A stretch of DNA of 64,000 bases from Nanobdellota archaeon (GCA_038045945.1 JBBSXC010000003.1:96001-160000), one strand, 5' to 3'. Positions 48,273-58,669 are shown, counted from the first letter of the stretch. The notes: generated by a model not told the origin, from the letters alone. Numbers and translations: made by a program.

Positions 48273-51098
48273 ATGAACATATCTAACAGTCAAACAGAGA
48301 AAGAAATACTTGCTTTTTGGGAAGAAAAAAGAATATTCCAAAAATTAAGAGAGAAAAACAAAGGAAAGAAGAAGTGGTCATTCATAGATGGACCAATAAC
48401 AGCAAACAACCCAATGGGAGTACACCACGCATGGGGAAGAACATACAAAGACTTATATCAAAGGTTCAAAGCAATGCAAGGATACGACCAAAGATACCAA
48501 AACGGATTTGACTGCCAAGGATTATGGATAGAAAGAGAAGAAGAAAAAGAAAGAGGACTAAAAAACAAGTCAGACATAGAAAAGTTCGGAATACTAAACT
48601 TTGTAAACGCATGCAAAGCAAGAGTAGAAAAATTCTCAAAAGTACAAAGAGACCAATCAATAAGACTAGGTCAATGGATGGACTGGGACAACTCTTATTA
48701 CACAATGACAGACAATAACAACTTACACAACTGGCACCTAATAAAAAAATATCATAATAATGGATGGTTATACAAAGGAAAAGACTCAGTACCATGGTGC
48801 CCAAGATGCGGAACAGCAAGCTCAAAACACGACATAGCAACAGAAGGATACAAAGAAGTAACACACACGAGCCTATACATGAAATTTCCAGTAAAAGGAG
48901 AAGAAAACACATATTTTTTAATATTCACAACAACACCATGGACCGTACCAGTAAACGTAGCCATAGCATTAAACAAAGAATTAGAATATGTTAAAGTAGA
49001 AAATGAGGGATCAAAATATTGGATAGCTGAAAGCAGATTATCAGAACTTAAAGGAGAATACAAAATAATTGAGAAAAAGAAAGGATCAGAACTAAAGGGA
49101 AAAGAGTACTTGATGCCATACGCAAATTTAGAAATACAAAAAACATCACCACACAAAGTGTTATTATGGGAATTAGCAAGCGGAGAAGAAGGAACAGGAA
49201 TAGTACACATAGCACCAGGGTGCGGATCAGAAGACTTTGACCTAGGAAAAAGAGAAAAATTGACACCAATATCCCCACTAAACGAAGATGGAACATACAC
49301 TAACGGATTTGAAGAATTCAGCACAAAAAAATATTATGAAGTGAACAAAATGGTATTAGGAGACTTAGAAGAAAGAAAATTCATTTACAAAAAACAACAA
49401 ATAAAACACAGATACCCACATTGTTGGAGATGCGGAGAAGAATTAGTTTTCAGACTAGTTGACGAATGGTACGTAAGCTGCAAAGAAATAAGAAAAAAAC
49501 TAATAACAGCAAACAAAAAAATAAAGTGGTACCCAGAATACGGGAAGGTCAGACAAGAAACATGGTTTGAAAACATGGGAGACTGGTTAATATCAAGAAA
49601 AAGGTATTGGGGATTACCATTACCAATATGGGAATGCGAATGCGGACACACAGAAGTAGTAGGAAGCTTAGAAGAACTAAAAGAAAAAGCAATAAACAAG
49701 AAAAAAGTCGATGAACTACCAGAAATCCATAGGCCATGGATTGATGAAATAAAAATAAAATGCGAAAAGTGCGGAAAAGAATCAGAAAGAATAAAAGATG
49801 TTGGAGACGCATGGCTTGACGCAGGAATAGTAATGTTCTCAACACTCAACTACCTAAAAGACAAAAAATATTGGGGAGAATGGTACCCTGCAGATTTCAT
49901 AACAGAAAACATGCCAGGACAACAAAGAGGATGGTTCAACGCAATAATGTGGGCAGGAATAACACTATCAGAAAAAGCACCATTCAAAACAATACTAGGA
50001 TACGAATCTTTAAGAGATGAGAAAGGAGAGGAAATGCACAAAAGCAAAGGAAACGCAATATGGTTTGACGACGCAGCAGAAAAAATCGGAGCAGACCCAA
50101 TGAGAATGCTATACATGCTACAAGACCCAGGACAAGAACTAAAATTCGGTTATGGAGCACTAAAAGAACCACAAAACAACCTAAACATATTATACAACTT
50201 AGGAAAACTAGTCGAGAATTCACCAAAAGGAGAATTAAGAATCGAAGACAAATGGATAATGAGCAAGTTTAGCACTCTAACAGAAAAAGTTACAGAAGAA
50301 TTAGAAAACTTACACCCACACCTAGCAATGAGAGCCCTACAAAACTTTTGGCTAAACGACTTATCAAGAGGATACATACAGATGATAAGAGAAAGACTAT
50401 CAGAAAACGACCTAGCAGCAAAAACAGTAATTAAAGAAATATATTTAGGATTACTAAAATTATTATCACCAATAATACCATTCACAACAGAGAGAGTATG
50501 GCAGGAACTAAGAGAAAGAAAAACAGTTAGCGAAGAAAGCGTCCACTTGTGCGATTGGCCTAAATCAAACCCTAAACTAGTGGACATAGGACTAGAAGGA
50601 AGATTCGAAAACATAATGACAATAATAGAAGCAGGAATGAGAGAACGTGACAGAGCACAAATAGGACTAAAATGGCCACTAAAAACACTAGACATAACGG
50701 CAAAATTCAACATCGATGAAGAAATGATAGAAGTAATAAAAAGACAACTAAACGTAAAAGAAGTAGTAGCAGAAAAAGAAAAAAATTCAGAAGAATTATC
50801 ATTACAATTCGACACGAAAATGACACCAATACTAGAAGCAGAAGGGTTTGCACGCGAAATTTCTCGCGGAGTGCAAGCAGAAAGAAAGAAAACAGGACTA
50901 GTAAAAACAGACATAATAAACCTAGAAGTAGTAGTGCCAGAAAAATTAGCAAAAAATATTGTTAAGTTCGAAAAATCAATAAAAGAAAGAACAAACGCTA
51001 AAGAAATAGAGATATCCGACGAGAAAAGCATAAAAAAAGAGTATGTAGAAATAAAAATAAAAAATAATTCTTTCTACCTCTACATAAAAAAGATTTAA
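48273..51098 (+). CDS. ileS: Isoleucine--tRNA ligase (type 2)
   Basis: DGP, GVHH, GFDCQG, TTTPWT, GTGIVHIAP, YPHCWRC, DWLISR.RYWG, RGWF, EMHKS. Confidence 0.95.
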   Translation: MNISNSQTEKEILAFWEEKRIFQKLREKNKGKKKWSFIDGPITANNPMGVHHAWGRTYKDLYQRFKAMQGYDQRYQNGFDCQGLWIEREEEKERGLKNKSDIEKFGILNFVNACKARVEKFSKVQRDQSIRLGQWMDWDNSYYTMTDNNNLHNWHLIKKYHNNGWLYKGKDSVPWCPRCGTASSKHDIATEGYKEVTHTSLYMKFPVKGEENTYFLIFTTTPWTVPVNVAIALNKELEYVKVENEGSKYWIAESRLSELKGEYKIIEKKKGSELKGKEYLMPYANLEIQKTSPHKVLLWELASGEEGTGIVHIAPGCGSEDFDLGKREKLTPISPLNEDGTYTNGFEEFSTKKYYEVNKMVLGDLEERKFIYKKQQIKHRYPHCWRCGEELVFRLVDEWYVSCKEIRKKLITANKKIKWYPEYGKVRQETWFENMGDWLISRKRYWGLPLPIWECECGHTEVVGSLEELKEKAINKKKVDELPEIHRPWIDEIKIKCEKCGKESERIKDVGDAWLDAGIVMFSTLNYLKDKKYWGEWYPADFITENMPGQQRGWFNAIMWAGITLSEKAPFKTILGYESLRDEKGEEMHKSKGNAIWFDDAAEKIGADPMRMLYMLQDPGQELKFGYGALKEPQNNLNILYNLGKLVENSPKGELRIEDKWIMSKFSTLTEKVTEELENLHPHLAMRALQNFWLNDLSRGYIQMIRERLSENDLAAKTVIKEIYLGLLKLLSPIIPFTTERVWQELRERKTVSEESVHLCDWPKSNPKLVDIGLEGRFENIMTIIEAGMRERDRAQIGLKWPLKTLDITAKFNIDEEMIEVIKRQLNVKEVVAEKEKNSEELSLQFDTKMTPILEAEGFAREISRGVQAERKKTGLVKTDIINLEVVVPEKLAKNIVKFEKSIKERTNAKEIEISDEKSIKKEYVEIKIKNNSFYLYIKKI

Positions 51099-51166
51099 CA
51101 AAAAATTAGTCTTTATATAATAATAACAAGAAAAAGGTTTATATACTACTACTACAATCCTAATAC

Positions 51167-51991
51167 ATGATTGTTAAAGAGGAGTTCTTGAGTAGACTAA
51201 GAAAAATATTCGATCTAAACTTATACGAAGTAAGAGTTTGGACAGCATTGTTATCAAGAGGAACAAGCACAGCAGGCGAATTAAGCAACATCAGCGACGT
51301 GCCAAGAAGCAGAACATACGATATTCTAGAATCATTAGAAAAGAGAGGGTTCATAATAATGAAATTAGGCAAACCAATAAAGTTTGTAGCACTAAAACCA
51401 GGAGAAGTTATTGAAAGAGCAAAAAAGAACCTAGTATTTGACGCACAAGAAAAAAGCAAGAGGCTAGAAAAACTAAAAGACGACAGCGTTCTAGATGAAC
51501 TTAACTCATTATTCACAGAAGGAGTAAAATTTGTAGAACCAAGCGACTTATCAGGAAGTTTACGTGGAAGACAAAACATGTACAACCACTTAGACATGAT
51601 GATTAGAGAAGCAGGAAAAACAGTAACGATAGTAACAACGGCTGAAGGACTAAACAGAAAAATGGAAGCATTAATGCCATCACTGATGAAAGCTAAGAAA
51701 AGAGGAGTAATAATAAGAATAGCAGCAGAAATAAACTCCAGCAACATGAAAATAGCTAAAGAAATGGAAAAAGTAGCAGATATTAGAGACGTTGAAGGAT
51801 TCAAAGGAAGATTCGCAATAATTGATGGTGAACAATTAATGTTCATGCTACTAGACGACGCACAAGTACACCCTAGCTACGACGTAGGAGTATGGATAAG
51901 CACACCATTCTTTGCTCAAGCAATGGAAAAAATGTTTGAGTTAGCATGGAGTAATTTCACACCACTAAGTAAAGTAAGAATCAAGAAGTAA
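51167..51991 (+). CDS. TrmB-family transcriptional regulator
   Basis: LNLYE...W.ALL, VPRSRTYDILESLEKRG wHTH plus PLD-like C-domain. Confidence 0.92.
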   Translation: MIVKEEFLSRLRKIFDLNLYEVRVWTALLSRGTSTAGELSNISDVPRSRTYDILESLEKRGFIIMKLGKPIKFVALKPGEVIERAKKNLVFDAQEKSKRLEKLKDDSVLDELNSLFTEGVKFVEPSDLSGSLRGRQNMYNHLDMMIREAGKTVTIVTTAEGLNRKMEALMPSLMKAKKRGVIIRIAAEINSSNMKIAKEMEKVADIRDVEGFKGRFAIIDGEQLMFMLLDDAQVHPSYDVGVWISTPFFAQAMEKMFELAWSNFTPLSKVRIKK

Positions 51992-52026
51992 AGAACTAAT
52001 TCTTTTAAGAACACAACTAGACAACT

Positions 52027-52500
52027 ATGAAAATTGATCATAAATACTTAAATGGAGAGATAGAATGGTTAGCAAGAAACCACGGACAAAAAAGATCAAG
52101 AACTGTTGAGGGAACAAAAATTTATACTTACGAAGTAAAAATTGGGGGAAGAATAGCATTATACTTACAAGAAGAAGACGGAAAAGTAACAGAAAGAAGA
52201 GCAGAAACAATAATAGGCTGTAACAGAAAAACATTTTATCGATCAGGAGTAAGAATACCAGGAAGTAAAACTTATGAAGCAATAAAACCACAAGACGAAG
52301 AAAAAATCTATTTATTAGAAGAAAAACTTAGTCAAAGATGGTTAGAATTCCCAGACTGGAAAATTTACAGAGAATACAACTACGAACCAATTAATGAACT
52401 AATGAAAGAAACAAGAATATACAAAAGAAAAATCGATAAAAGCAAGCTAATCAGAGGAAAACAACTACTATTACCATTCAAGAAAAGAACAACTGCATAA
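52027..52500 (+). CDS. Hypothetical protein
   Basis: ORF. Confidence 0.6.
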   Translation: MKIDHKYLNGEIEWLARNHGQKRSRTVEGTKIYTYEVKIGGRIALYLQEEDGKVTERRAETIIGCNRKTFYRSGVRIPGSKTYEAIKPQDEEKIYLLEEKLSQRWLEFPDWKIYREYNYEPINELMKETRIYKRKIDKSKLIRGKQLLLPFKKRTTA

Positions 52501-52566
52501 TAAGATGCTTAAGATATAGCATTATCTTGACATAAAGGATTTAAAGCCAAAGTTTCATGAGTAATA

Positions 52567-53109
52567 ATGGACTTATTAAGAACAGACAGAGCAGAAGAAT
52601 TAGTGTTAAGCTTAGAACGACAACACGAAATAAAATTACACCCTGGAAGAAGAGAGGAATTAGTTGAGAGGTTAGCAACAATGCCGGGAATACCAGGAAC
52701 AGATTTTGATCAAACCTTTGACTTTGGAAAAATTTATGCTTCTTCAGTTAATGAATCACCAATAACTTATCGTGTTTACCCAACAGTTTTATTAACAAAT
52801 TACGCAGCCACAAACAAAAAAGCACCAACTAAAGGCGAAATGTACGGCGCAGCTCATGATGAAGTTTTTAGAAAAGGACTAAGAGGATTATGGAAAAGCA
52901 CAGCAAACTTTGTCAACTCAGCCTTAATGGACAGACAACTATTAGCCATCATGGAGAGCGTAGGAAGAGAACACCCATATTCATTACTTGGAAGAATAAC
53001 AATAATTAATGGTGGAAAGTTAAGAGTACCATTTATAGCAGTACCAGGAATAACTCACCATATGGACCTAGATATGATAAGAAAGTTTGGAAAACCAACA
53101 GGATACTAA
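52567..53109 (+). CDS. Hypothetical protein (paralog of next ORF)
   Basis: EELV, YSLLG, AVPGI shared with 53194..53808. Confidence 0.65.
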   Translation: MDLLRTDRAEELVLSLERQHEIKLHPGRREELVERLATMPGIPGTDFDQTFDFGKIYASSVNESPITYRVYPTVLLTNYAATNKKAPTKGEMYGAAHDEVFRKGLRGLWKSTANFVNSALMDRQLLAIMESVGREHPYSLLGRITIINGGKLRVPFIAVPGITHHMDLDMIRKFGKPTGY

Positions 53110-53193
53110 TACCCATTAACCTCTAAAGACCAAATATTCTGCCCTTTTAACCCTTTAGTAACTTTTTTAAGCTCCTTTTTCTTAAAGTTAATA

Positions 53194-53808
53194 ATGGTTT
53201 ATGAAACAAGAAGGGATTTCGAAAAATCCTTATTAAACGTTGGAAGAATCCAAGCAGGAACACTAGTCGGAACATTACAACAGAGAATAGGACTAATAGT
53301 ACCGGATGAGGAACTAGTAACAAACTTATCCATAGAAAGCACCCCTAAAGGAGAACAATTCTCAAAAAATCTCGGTTACAATGACAGCACCATAATAATC
53401 CCTAACAGTGAAAACTATGTTATTTTATCATTAGGATCATTACTAAACAATGAAAAACAGGCTCACGAACAACCAAGCCTCTTAGAAATAGCACTAAACA
53501 GAGCCATAACCCTAAGAACAGGAATAAACCTTGACAGACTAGTAGAAAAATTAAGAGAAGAAAGAGAAATATTAGAATTAATGAATAAAGATGCCCAAAC
53601 AGCTTATTCTTTATTAGGACTAGCAAAAACTATGGAAGTTGAAAGAAACGGAGCAGCTTATTCAGCAACAAGACCAATACTGGCAATCCCAGGAATAGGA
53701 AGTAATGAAAGAGTATCTGATTGGGAAAGAAAAAATACTGTTTATAGAAGAGAAGGAAGCTTTAGTTCAACAATAATAAGTGAAGAAGAATACAAAAAAG
53801 CAGCTTAA
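53194..53808 (+). CDS. Hypothetical protein (paralog of previous ORF)
   Basis: EELV, YSLLG, AIPGI. Confidence 0.65.
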   Translation: MVYETRRDFEKSLLNVGRIQAGTLVGTLQQRIGLIVPDEELVTNLSIESTPKGEQFSKNLGYNDSTIIIPNSENYVILSLGSLLNNEKQAHEQPSLLEIALNRAITLRTGINLDRLVEKLREEREILELMNKDAQTAYSLLGLAKTMEVERNGAAYSATRPILAIPGIGSNERVSDWERKNTVYRREGSFSSTIISEEEYKKAA

Positions 53809-53821
53809 AAATTCTTTATTA

Positions 53822-55525
53822 TCACATTTCACTAATTGCTTCTATACCTAAAAGCCATAAAGCATTATTCATAACTGTTCTAAACGACTGAACAAGTGCT
53901 AAACGAAAGTCTTCTTTATCACCACTGCCAATAACTGGGCATTCTTGATAAAAATCATTAAAAGCTTTAGCCAAATCATAATTATAAGAAGCAATAACGC
54001 TAGAATCTAACCTTTTTGATGCTTCTGTAACGACACTTGAGAATTCTCCAAGTTTCTTAACAAGCTCATACTCCTTCTTCTCAACACTAACAACTTTGTA
54101 CTTACCAACCTTTTTCTTAGACTTCTTCAAAATACTACAAGCACGAGCATAAGAATACTGTAAGTAAGGACCAGTATTACCTTCAAAAGATATTGACTCT
54201 TTAGGATTATAAGTCATGTCTCTCTCAACACCAACTTTTAGTAAATGATACTTAATAGCAGACATGGCAATACTTAAACTTCTACTATCAATTTCTTTAT
54301 CCTTTAGTTCTGCATAACGACTCTTAATCTCCCCCTTAACAAGTGTCCTTACTTCGTTAATGAAATCATCAGCATCAACAACTGTCCCTTCACGAGACTT
54401 CATACGACCTTCTGGAAGATAGACCATCCCGTATGATAAGTGGTTTATTGGAGACTTAATTCCAAGAATTTTACAAACTTGTGCTAATACTTTGAAATGA
54501 TGGTTTTGTTCGCTAGCAACAACTATGAGCGACCTATTCGGCTTGAATTCGTCATACTTCATCTTAGCTAGAGCAATATCTTGAGTGATATAGATGGATG
54601 TTCCATCTCCTCTGAGTAAAACCTTTTTACCCAAACCTTCTTTTTCTAAATCAACAATTATTCCACCATTATCATCTTTAGTGAATTTGCCTTCATTAAA
54701 ACCTTTAACAACTAAATCCTTACCATCGTCATAAATCTTGCTTTCAAAATAGTTTTTATCATGCTTAACGTTAAACAACTTGTATGTTTCTTTAAATCCA
54801 TCTAGCGCCCACTTATTCATTTGCTTCCATAATACTATAACTTTTTTGTCTTTTGACTCCCATTTTTGAAGAATCACTTGAGCTTCTTCTTCTAACTTGG
54901 GATCATCTTTTGCCTTTTGAGAAAACAAAACATAATACTTTCCAACAAAATGGTCTGATTTCATATTAGACTTCTGTGGCGTATCTCCTTCCCCCCATCT
55001 TTCATAAGCTAACATTGATTTGCAAATATGAACTCCGCGATCATTGTTAAGATTAACCCTAACAACTTTTTTACCATTAAACTCTAGAATTCTTGAAACG
55101 CTCTCACCTATCGACATATTCCTCATGTGACCCAAGTGTAAGGGTTTATTAGTATTAGGTGAAGGGAACTCAATAAGAACCTTCTCCTTTTCATTAGACT
55201 TACCATAATTGGACTTTTGCTTTAAAACTTCCTTCAAAACTTCCGCAGTTATTGCTTTCTTATTCATAAAAAAGTTTACGTAAGGACCGCTCGCTCTTAT
55301 TTCTTCAAAATGCTTAAGCGTAGAAAAATCAGCAGAAATCTTAGTAGTTAACAAAACAGCAATATCAACAGGACTTTTCTTTAAAGATTTAGATAAAACA
55401 AAACAAGGAAAAGCAAAATCACCAAGATCACTACTAGGTGGAGCAGTCAACAATTTTGACACTTCATCAAGGGACAAACCAGTATTTTTTGATAATGCAT
55501 CAACAATCAACCCTTTAGCATCCAT
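53822..55525 (-). CDS. argS: Arginine--tRNA ligase
   Basis: SPNTNKPLHLGH, MKSREG, GNTGPYLQYSYAR, C-terminal EM. Confidence 0.96.
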   Translation of the reverse strand: MDAKGLIVDALSKNTGLSLDEVSKLLTAPPSSDLGDFAFPCFVLSKSLKKSPVDIAVLLTTKISADFSTLKHFEEIRASGPYVNFFMNKKAITAEVLKEVLKQKSNYGKSNEKEKVLIEFPSPNTNKPLHLGHMRNMSIGESVSRILEFNGKKVVRVNLNNDRGVHICKSMLAYERWGEGDTPQKSNMKSDHFVGKYYVLFSQKAKDDPKLEEEAQVILQKWESKDKKVIVLWKQMNKWALDGFKETYKLFNVKHDKNYFESKIYDDGKDLVVKGFNEGKFTKDDNGGIIVDLEKEGLGKKVLLRGDGTSIYITQDIALAKMKYDEFKPNRSLIVVASEQNHHFKVLAQVCKILGIKSPINHLSYGMVYLPEGRMKSREGTVVDADDFINEVRTLVKGEIKSRYAELKDKEIDSRSLSIAMSAIKYHLLKVGVERDMTYNPKESISFEGNTGPYLQYSYARACSILKKSKKKVGKYKVVSVEKKEYELVKKLGEFSSVVTEASKRLDSSVIASYNYDLAKAFNDFYQECPVIGSGDKEDFRLALVQSFRTVMNNALWLLGIEAISEM

Positions 55526-55558
55526 AAAAAAGCTAACATAACAAGAGCTTATAAAGAT

Positions 55559-55572
55559 TATGTGCAAGAAAA
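55559..55572 (-). promoter_or_regulatory. TTTTCTTGCACATA element upstream of argS TATA box
   Basis: Exact 14-bp match to tyrS upstream element. Confidence 0.7.
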
Positions 55573-55573
55573 A

Positions 55574-55936
55574 TTATTCATCAGCCGCAATATACAAATC
55601 ACCATCAATGTAAGGACTTAACCTTTGACCGTCAAGATCACAAGAACTAACAACAATAAAATAATTATTATCATTAAGGTATCTTTGACAAGCATCCCTA
55701 AAGTTTTCTTCAACACCCTTATCACGATAAGCAATAGAAGGTTTAGAAGAATCAGGGATAACAACCTTAACCACTAATGATTCACTAGAAGAACATTCTT
55801 CAACATTAATTCTACCAGCAAGAATTAAACGACCAGGCAATTCACTAAATGGTTTAACTCTAGAAAAACTAAGCCTATCAGCAAAAGATAAACCCAGAAT
55901 TTTACGACCACCATCATTACGTGTACTAACCTCCAT
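55574..55936 (-). CDS. Hypothetical protein
   Basis: ORF; weak resemblance to adjacent ORF (I.G.LY). Confidence 0.6.
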   Translation of the reverse strand: MEVSTRNDGGRKILGLSFADRLSFSRVKPFSELPGRLILAGRINVEECSSSESLVVKVVIPDSSKPSIAYRDKGVEENFRDACQRYLNDNNYFIVVSSCDLDGQRLSPYIDGDLYIAADE

Positions 55937-55938
55937 AA

Positions 55939-56355
55939 CTACCCTTTCCTCTTATTTGACTCCTTAACCTTCTTCCCAACCTTTTCCTGAGGCTCTGCAG
56001 CAGGCTTTCTTTCGTAAAGAGTCCCAATAATCCTAGGAACAGTTAAACCATCCCTAACTTGACTATAATGACTAACACCAACAAGATAACGACCACTAGT
56101 AAACAAGTAAGAATCAACCTTATTAGGAAAAGGGTAAGCAGTTTGTCCATCAGAAGTAAACAACTCTTGAGGGTTTTCGTCAATACGAACAGTAAGCTTA
56201 TTCATGTTAAAAGCATCCTCATAAATTTCTGCAGCACCAACACAAAAAACTTCATCATGACTCAAACCTAATTGTTCAAGACCACCAGTAGCAAACAAAC
56301 GAGAACCATGATAATTAACCTTCAGAACTGCTAAACCATCACGACTAGTAGTCAT
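55939..56355 (-). CDS. Hypothetical protein
   Basis: ORF. Confidence 0.6.
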   Translation of the reverse strand: MTTSRDGLAVLKVNYHGSRLFATGGLEQLGLSHDEVFCVGAAEIYEDAFNMNKLTVRIDENPQELFTSDGQTAYPFPNKVDSYLFTSGRYLVGVSHYSQVRDGLTVPRIIGTLYERKPAAEPQEKVGKKVKESNKRKG

Positions 56356-56445
56356 TAATAAGCTATTAAGAAACCCTTTATAACCATTTATTTAATGAAA
56401 GAGATACTTCATAAGATTCTTAAATGATGAATAATTCCCATTATT

Positions 56446-56616
56446 ATGGCTCACAAATGCGAGTTTTGTAAAGAAAAAATTGAAGAAGACGAAAGAGGAA
56501 AAATAGTTGGAACAATAATAAAAGTAAGAAAAGCAAAAGGAGAAAAAAACGAGTACAAATACTTCTGCAACAAGTGCCAAAAAGAAGGAAAAGATAAAGA
56601 AATAGCAAGAAAATAA
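56446..56616 (+). CDS. 56-aa zinc-finger protein (CxxC...FCxxC; TRASH/L24e-like), absent from ORF track
   Basis: MAHKCEFCKEKI...YKYFCNKCQKEGKDKEIARK*. Confidence 0.75.
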   Translation: MAHKCEFCKEKIEEDERGKIVGTIIKVRKAKGEKNEYKYFCNKCQKEGKDKEIARK

Positions 56617-56669
56617 GAGAAAATTATTAATTCATAAGGTTTTAAAATACTCAAAGTCTAAGGGTAATC

Positions 56670-57056
56670 ATGAAGTATAAAGCATTATTCATAATATTTG
56701 GCTTATGCCTAATAGCGTCATTAATACTAGCAATAACACCAACACCACTAATATGCGCTAATGGATGCGACCTAGTACAAACATCAAAATACGCTTATAC
56801 ATTCGGAATAAAAAATAGTTGGGCAGGAGTAGTAATATTTGCAGCACTATTAATAATGGTCTTAGTGTACAAAGCAGAAAAGAGTGTTAAAGTAAAGCAC
56901 ACAATACACACAGGACTAGTCATCGGAAGCATGATAGCAATATACTTCTTATACTTACAAGTATACATACTAAAATCATACTGCAAATACTGCTTAGTAG
57001 TAGACATAGGACTATTATTAGCCATGGCTGTAGCAATATGGAAATGGGAAGACTAA
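56670..57056 (+). CDS. Vitamin K epoxide reductase (VKOR) family protein
   Basis: C...C..V.TS.YA..FGI, YCKYC redox motif, TMs. Confidence 0.88.
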   Translation: MKYKALFIIFGLCLIASLILAITPTPLICANGCDLVQTSKYAYTFGIKNSWAGVVIFAALLIMVLVYKAEKSVKVKHTIHTGLVIGSMIAIYFLYLQVYILKSYCKYCLVVDIGLLLAMAVAIWKWED

Positions 57057-57105
57057 GAATACCGATAAAGAAAACAATTAAATAACTATCATTCTAACAG
57101 TTATA

Positions 57106-57600
57106 ATGGAGAATATACAAGTATCCGTATCAAGACAAGACTTCGAAGGAGATAAAATACCAATATGGTACAAAGGAGACTTAATTGAAGGAGCAATAAG
57201 CATAACCCCAGAACAATCATACAGCAAAACAAACAATAAAGGAAAAAATTTTACTAAAGAAGGAAAAGCAACATACCAAATAAGAGGATTGTTAAAATAC
57301 AAAGCCAACAACTGTTTCGTTATAGACTTCGGAGTATTAGGAGTAAGCACAAGCCCCATACCAGAACAAATAAGCCCGCAAATAAGTGTAGGAGAACACA
57401 TAAACGGAAAGTTCAGATTATCAATAAGTTGTTTAATGGAAAAAATGGAAAGGTTAGGAAGAGAATCATCACAAAAACTAATACAAAAATTTAGAATAGA
57501 AAAAATATATTCTCCAACAGGAGCAGAAATAAACGAAATAAAGGGCGGAATGCAAGGCGCGAGCGGAATAATAATAGAATTAAACGCACTAAAGTTCTAG
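57106..57600 (+). CDS. Hypothetical protein
   Basis: ORF. Confidence 0.6.
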   Translation: MENIQVSVSRQDFEGDKIPIWYKGDLIEGAISITPEQSYSKTNNKGKNFTKEGKATYQIRGLLKYKANNCFVIDFGVLGVSTSPIPEQISPQISVGEHINGKFRLSISCLMEKMERLGRESSQKLIQKFRIEKIYSPTGAEINEIKGGMQGASGIIIELNALKF

Positions 57601-57629
57601 GTGTCTACACTTTCAAAAACGTAGACACC
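57600..57629. repeat. Inverted repeat GGTGTCTAC-N12-GTAGACACC
   Basis: Perfect 9-bp arms; same motif recurs upstream of the Fic gene. Confidence 0.8.
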
Positions 57630-57670
57630 CAACAAACATCGACGGATAAATTAATTCTCTGAGAAAAAAA

Positions 57671-57712
57671 TTATTTTTTGAATTTCTTCCTTAAAGTACG
57701 ATACTCTTTAAT
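57671..57712 (-). pseudogene. Relic second copy of Fic gene 3' end
   Basis: Encodes IKEYRTLRKKFKK* versus LKEYRTLRKKFKK* of Fic, with synonymous differences. Confidence 0.8.
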
Positions 57713-57727
57713 AAACATCTAAAAAGA

Positions 57728-58669
57728 CTACTTTTTAAATTTCTTTCTAAGGGTTCTATACTCTTTAAGAATTAATTCAATAGTAGGCCTAATATTACCA
57801 GTGTTTTGGAATTCTCGTAAAGTCTTATAATACTTTTTTCTACTATCAAAAGAAATATTCACAGGAGGAAGATGATGCTTAAGCAAAATATTATTAAGAA
57901 TAAGCCTACCAACCCTACCATTACCATCCTCAAAAGGGTGAATATACTCAAACTGGTTATGAACAACAGCAGCTAAAACAATACCAGGAAGCTTACGCTT
58001 ATTCTTATCATACCAAGTAACAAGCTCAGAAAGAAGAGAAGAAACCCTACTTGATGGAGCACCAAGGTGAATAATATTACCTAAACCATCACGAATACCA
58101 ACCTCAACACCCTTATTCCTAAACTTACCAGCAAAAGCCTTAGAGTTCTCAAAAACAGTTTTGTGCAAATCAAGCATCAACTTTAAAGATAAATGAACTT
58201 TCGTCTTACGAATATACCTAATAGCCTTAGCAACACCATAAGTTTCAGAAATTTCTCCCTTAGGCTTAGTAATAGGCCACTTATTACGACCTAAAATACC
58301 AACAACTTCACTCTGAGTAACAGTTGAACCCTCAATAGCGTTAGTATGATAAGCAAAAATTTCTGTGAAAGCATTCCATTCACTATCAGAAAGATGAAAA
58401 ATCTTAAACTTAGACTTATCCTTTAACAACTTAACAAGATCTAACTCTCGCTTAGTAAAACGATAATTAATAGGACTTCTAATAATTTTAAAACTATTAA
58501 GTTGTTGTATAAGCAAAGTTTTGGCTTTCTCAACACGACCATCAAGAATTTTCTTCTTAAGATTAACACCAATGTAAACTCTAGTCTTCTTAACCTTCCC
58601 ACCCTCACGAAAAGAGTGAGAAAGATAATACTTCAGCCCATGAACAGTTTTACGCTTTTCAAGATACAT
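57728..58669 (-). CDS. Fic-domain protein (class II, N-terminal inhibitory motif)
   Basis: HPFEDGNGRVGR catalytic motif; TNAIEG inhibitory motif. Confidence 0.93.
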   Translation of the reverse strand: MYLEKRKTVHGLKYYLSHSFREGGKVKKTRVYIGVNLKKKILDGRVEKAKTLLIQQLNSFKIIRSPINYRFTKRELDLVKLLKDKSKFKIFHLSDSEWNAFTEIFAYHTNAIEGSTVTQSEVVGILGRNKWPITKPKGEISETYGVAKAIRYIRKTKVHLSLKLMLDLHKTVFENSKAFAGKFRNKGVEVGIRDGLGNIIHLGAPSSRVSSLLSELVTWYDKNKRKLPGIVLAAVVHNQFEYIHPFEDGNGRVGRLILNNILLKHHLPPVNISFDSRKKYYKTLREFQNTGNIRPTIELILKEYRTLRKKFKK

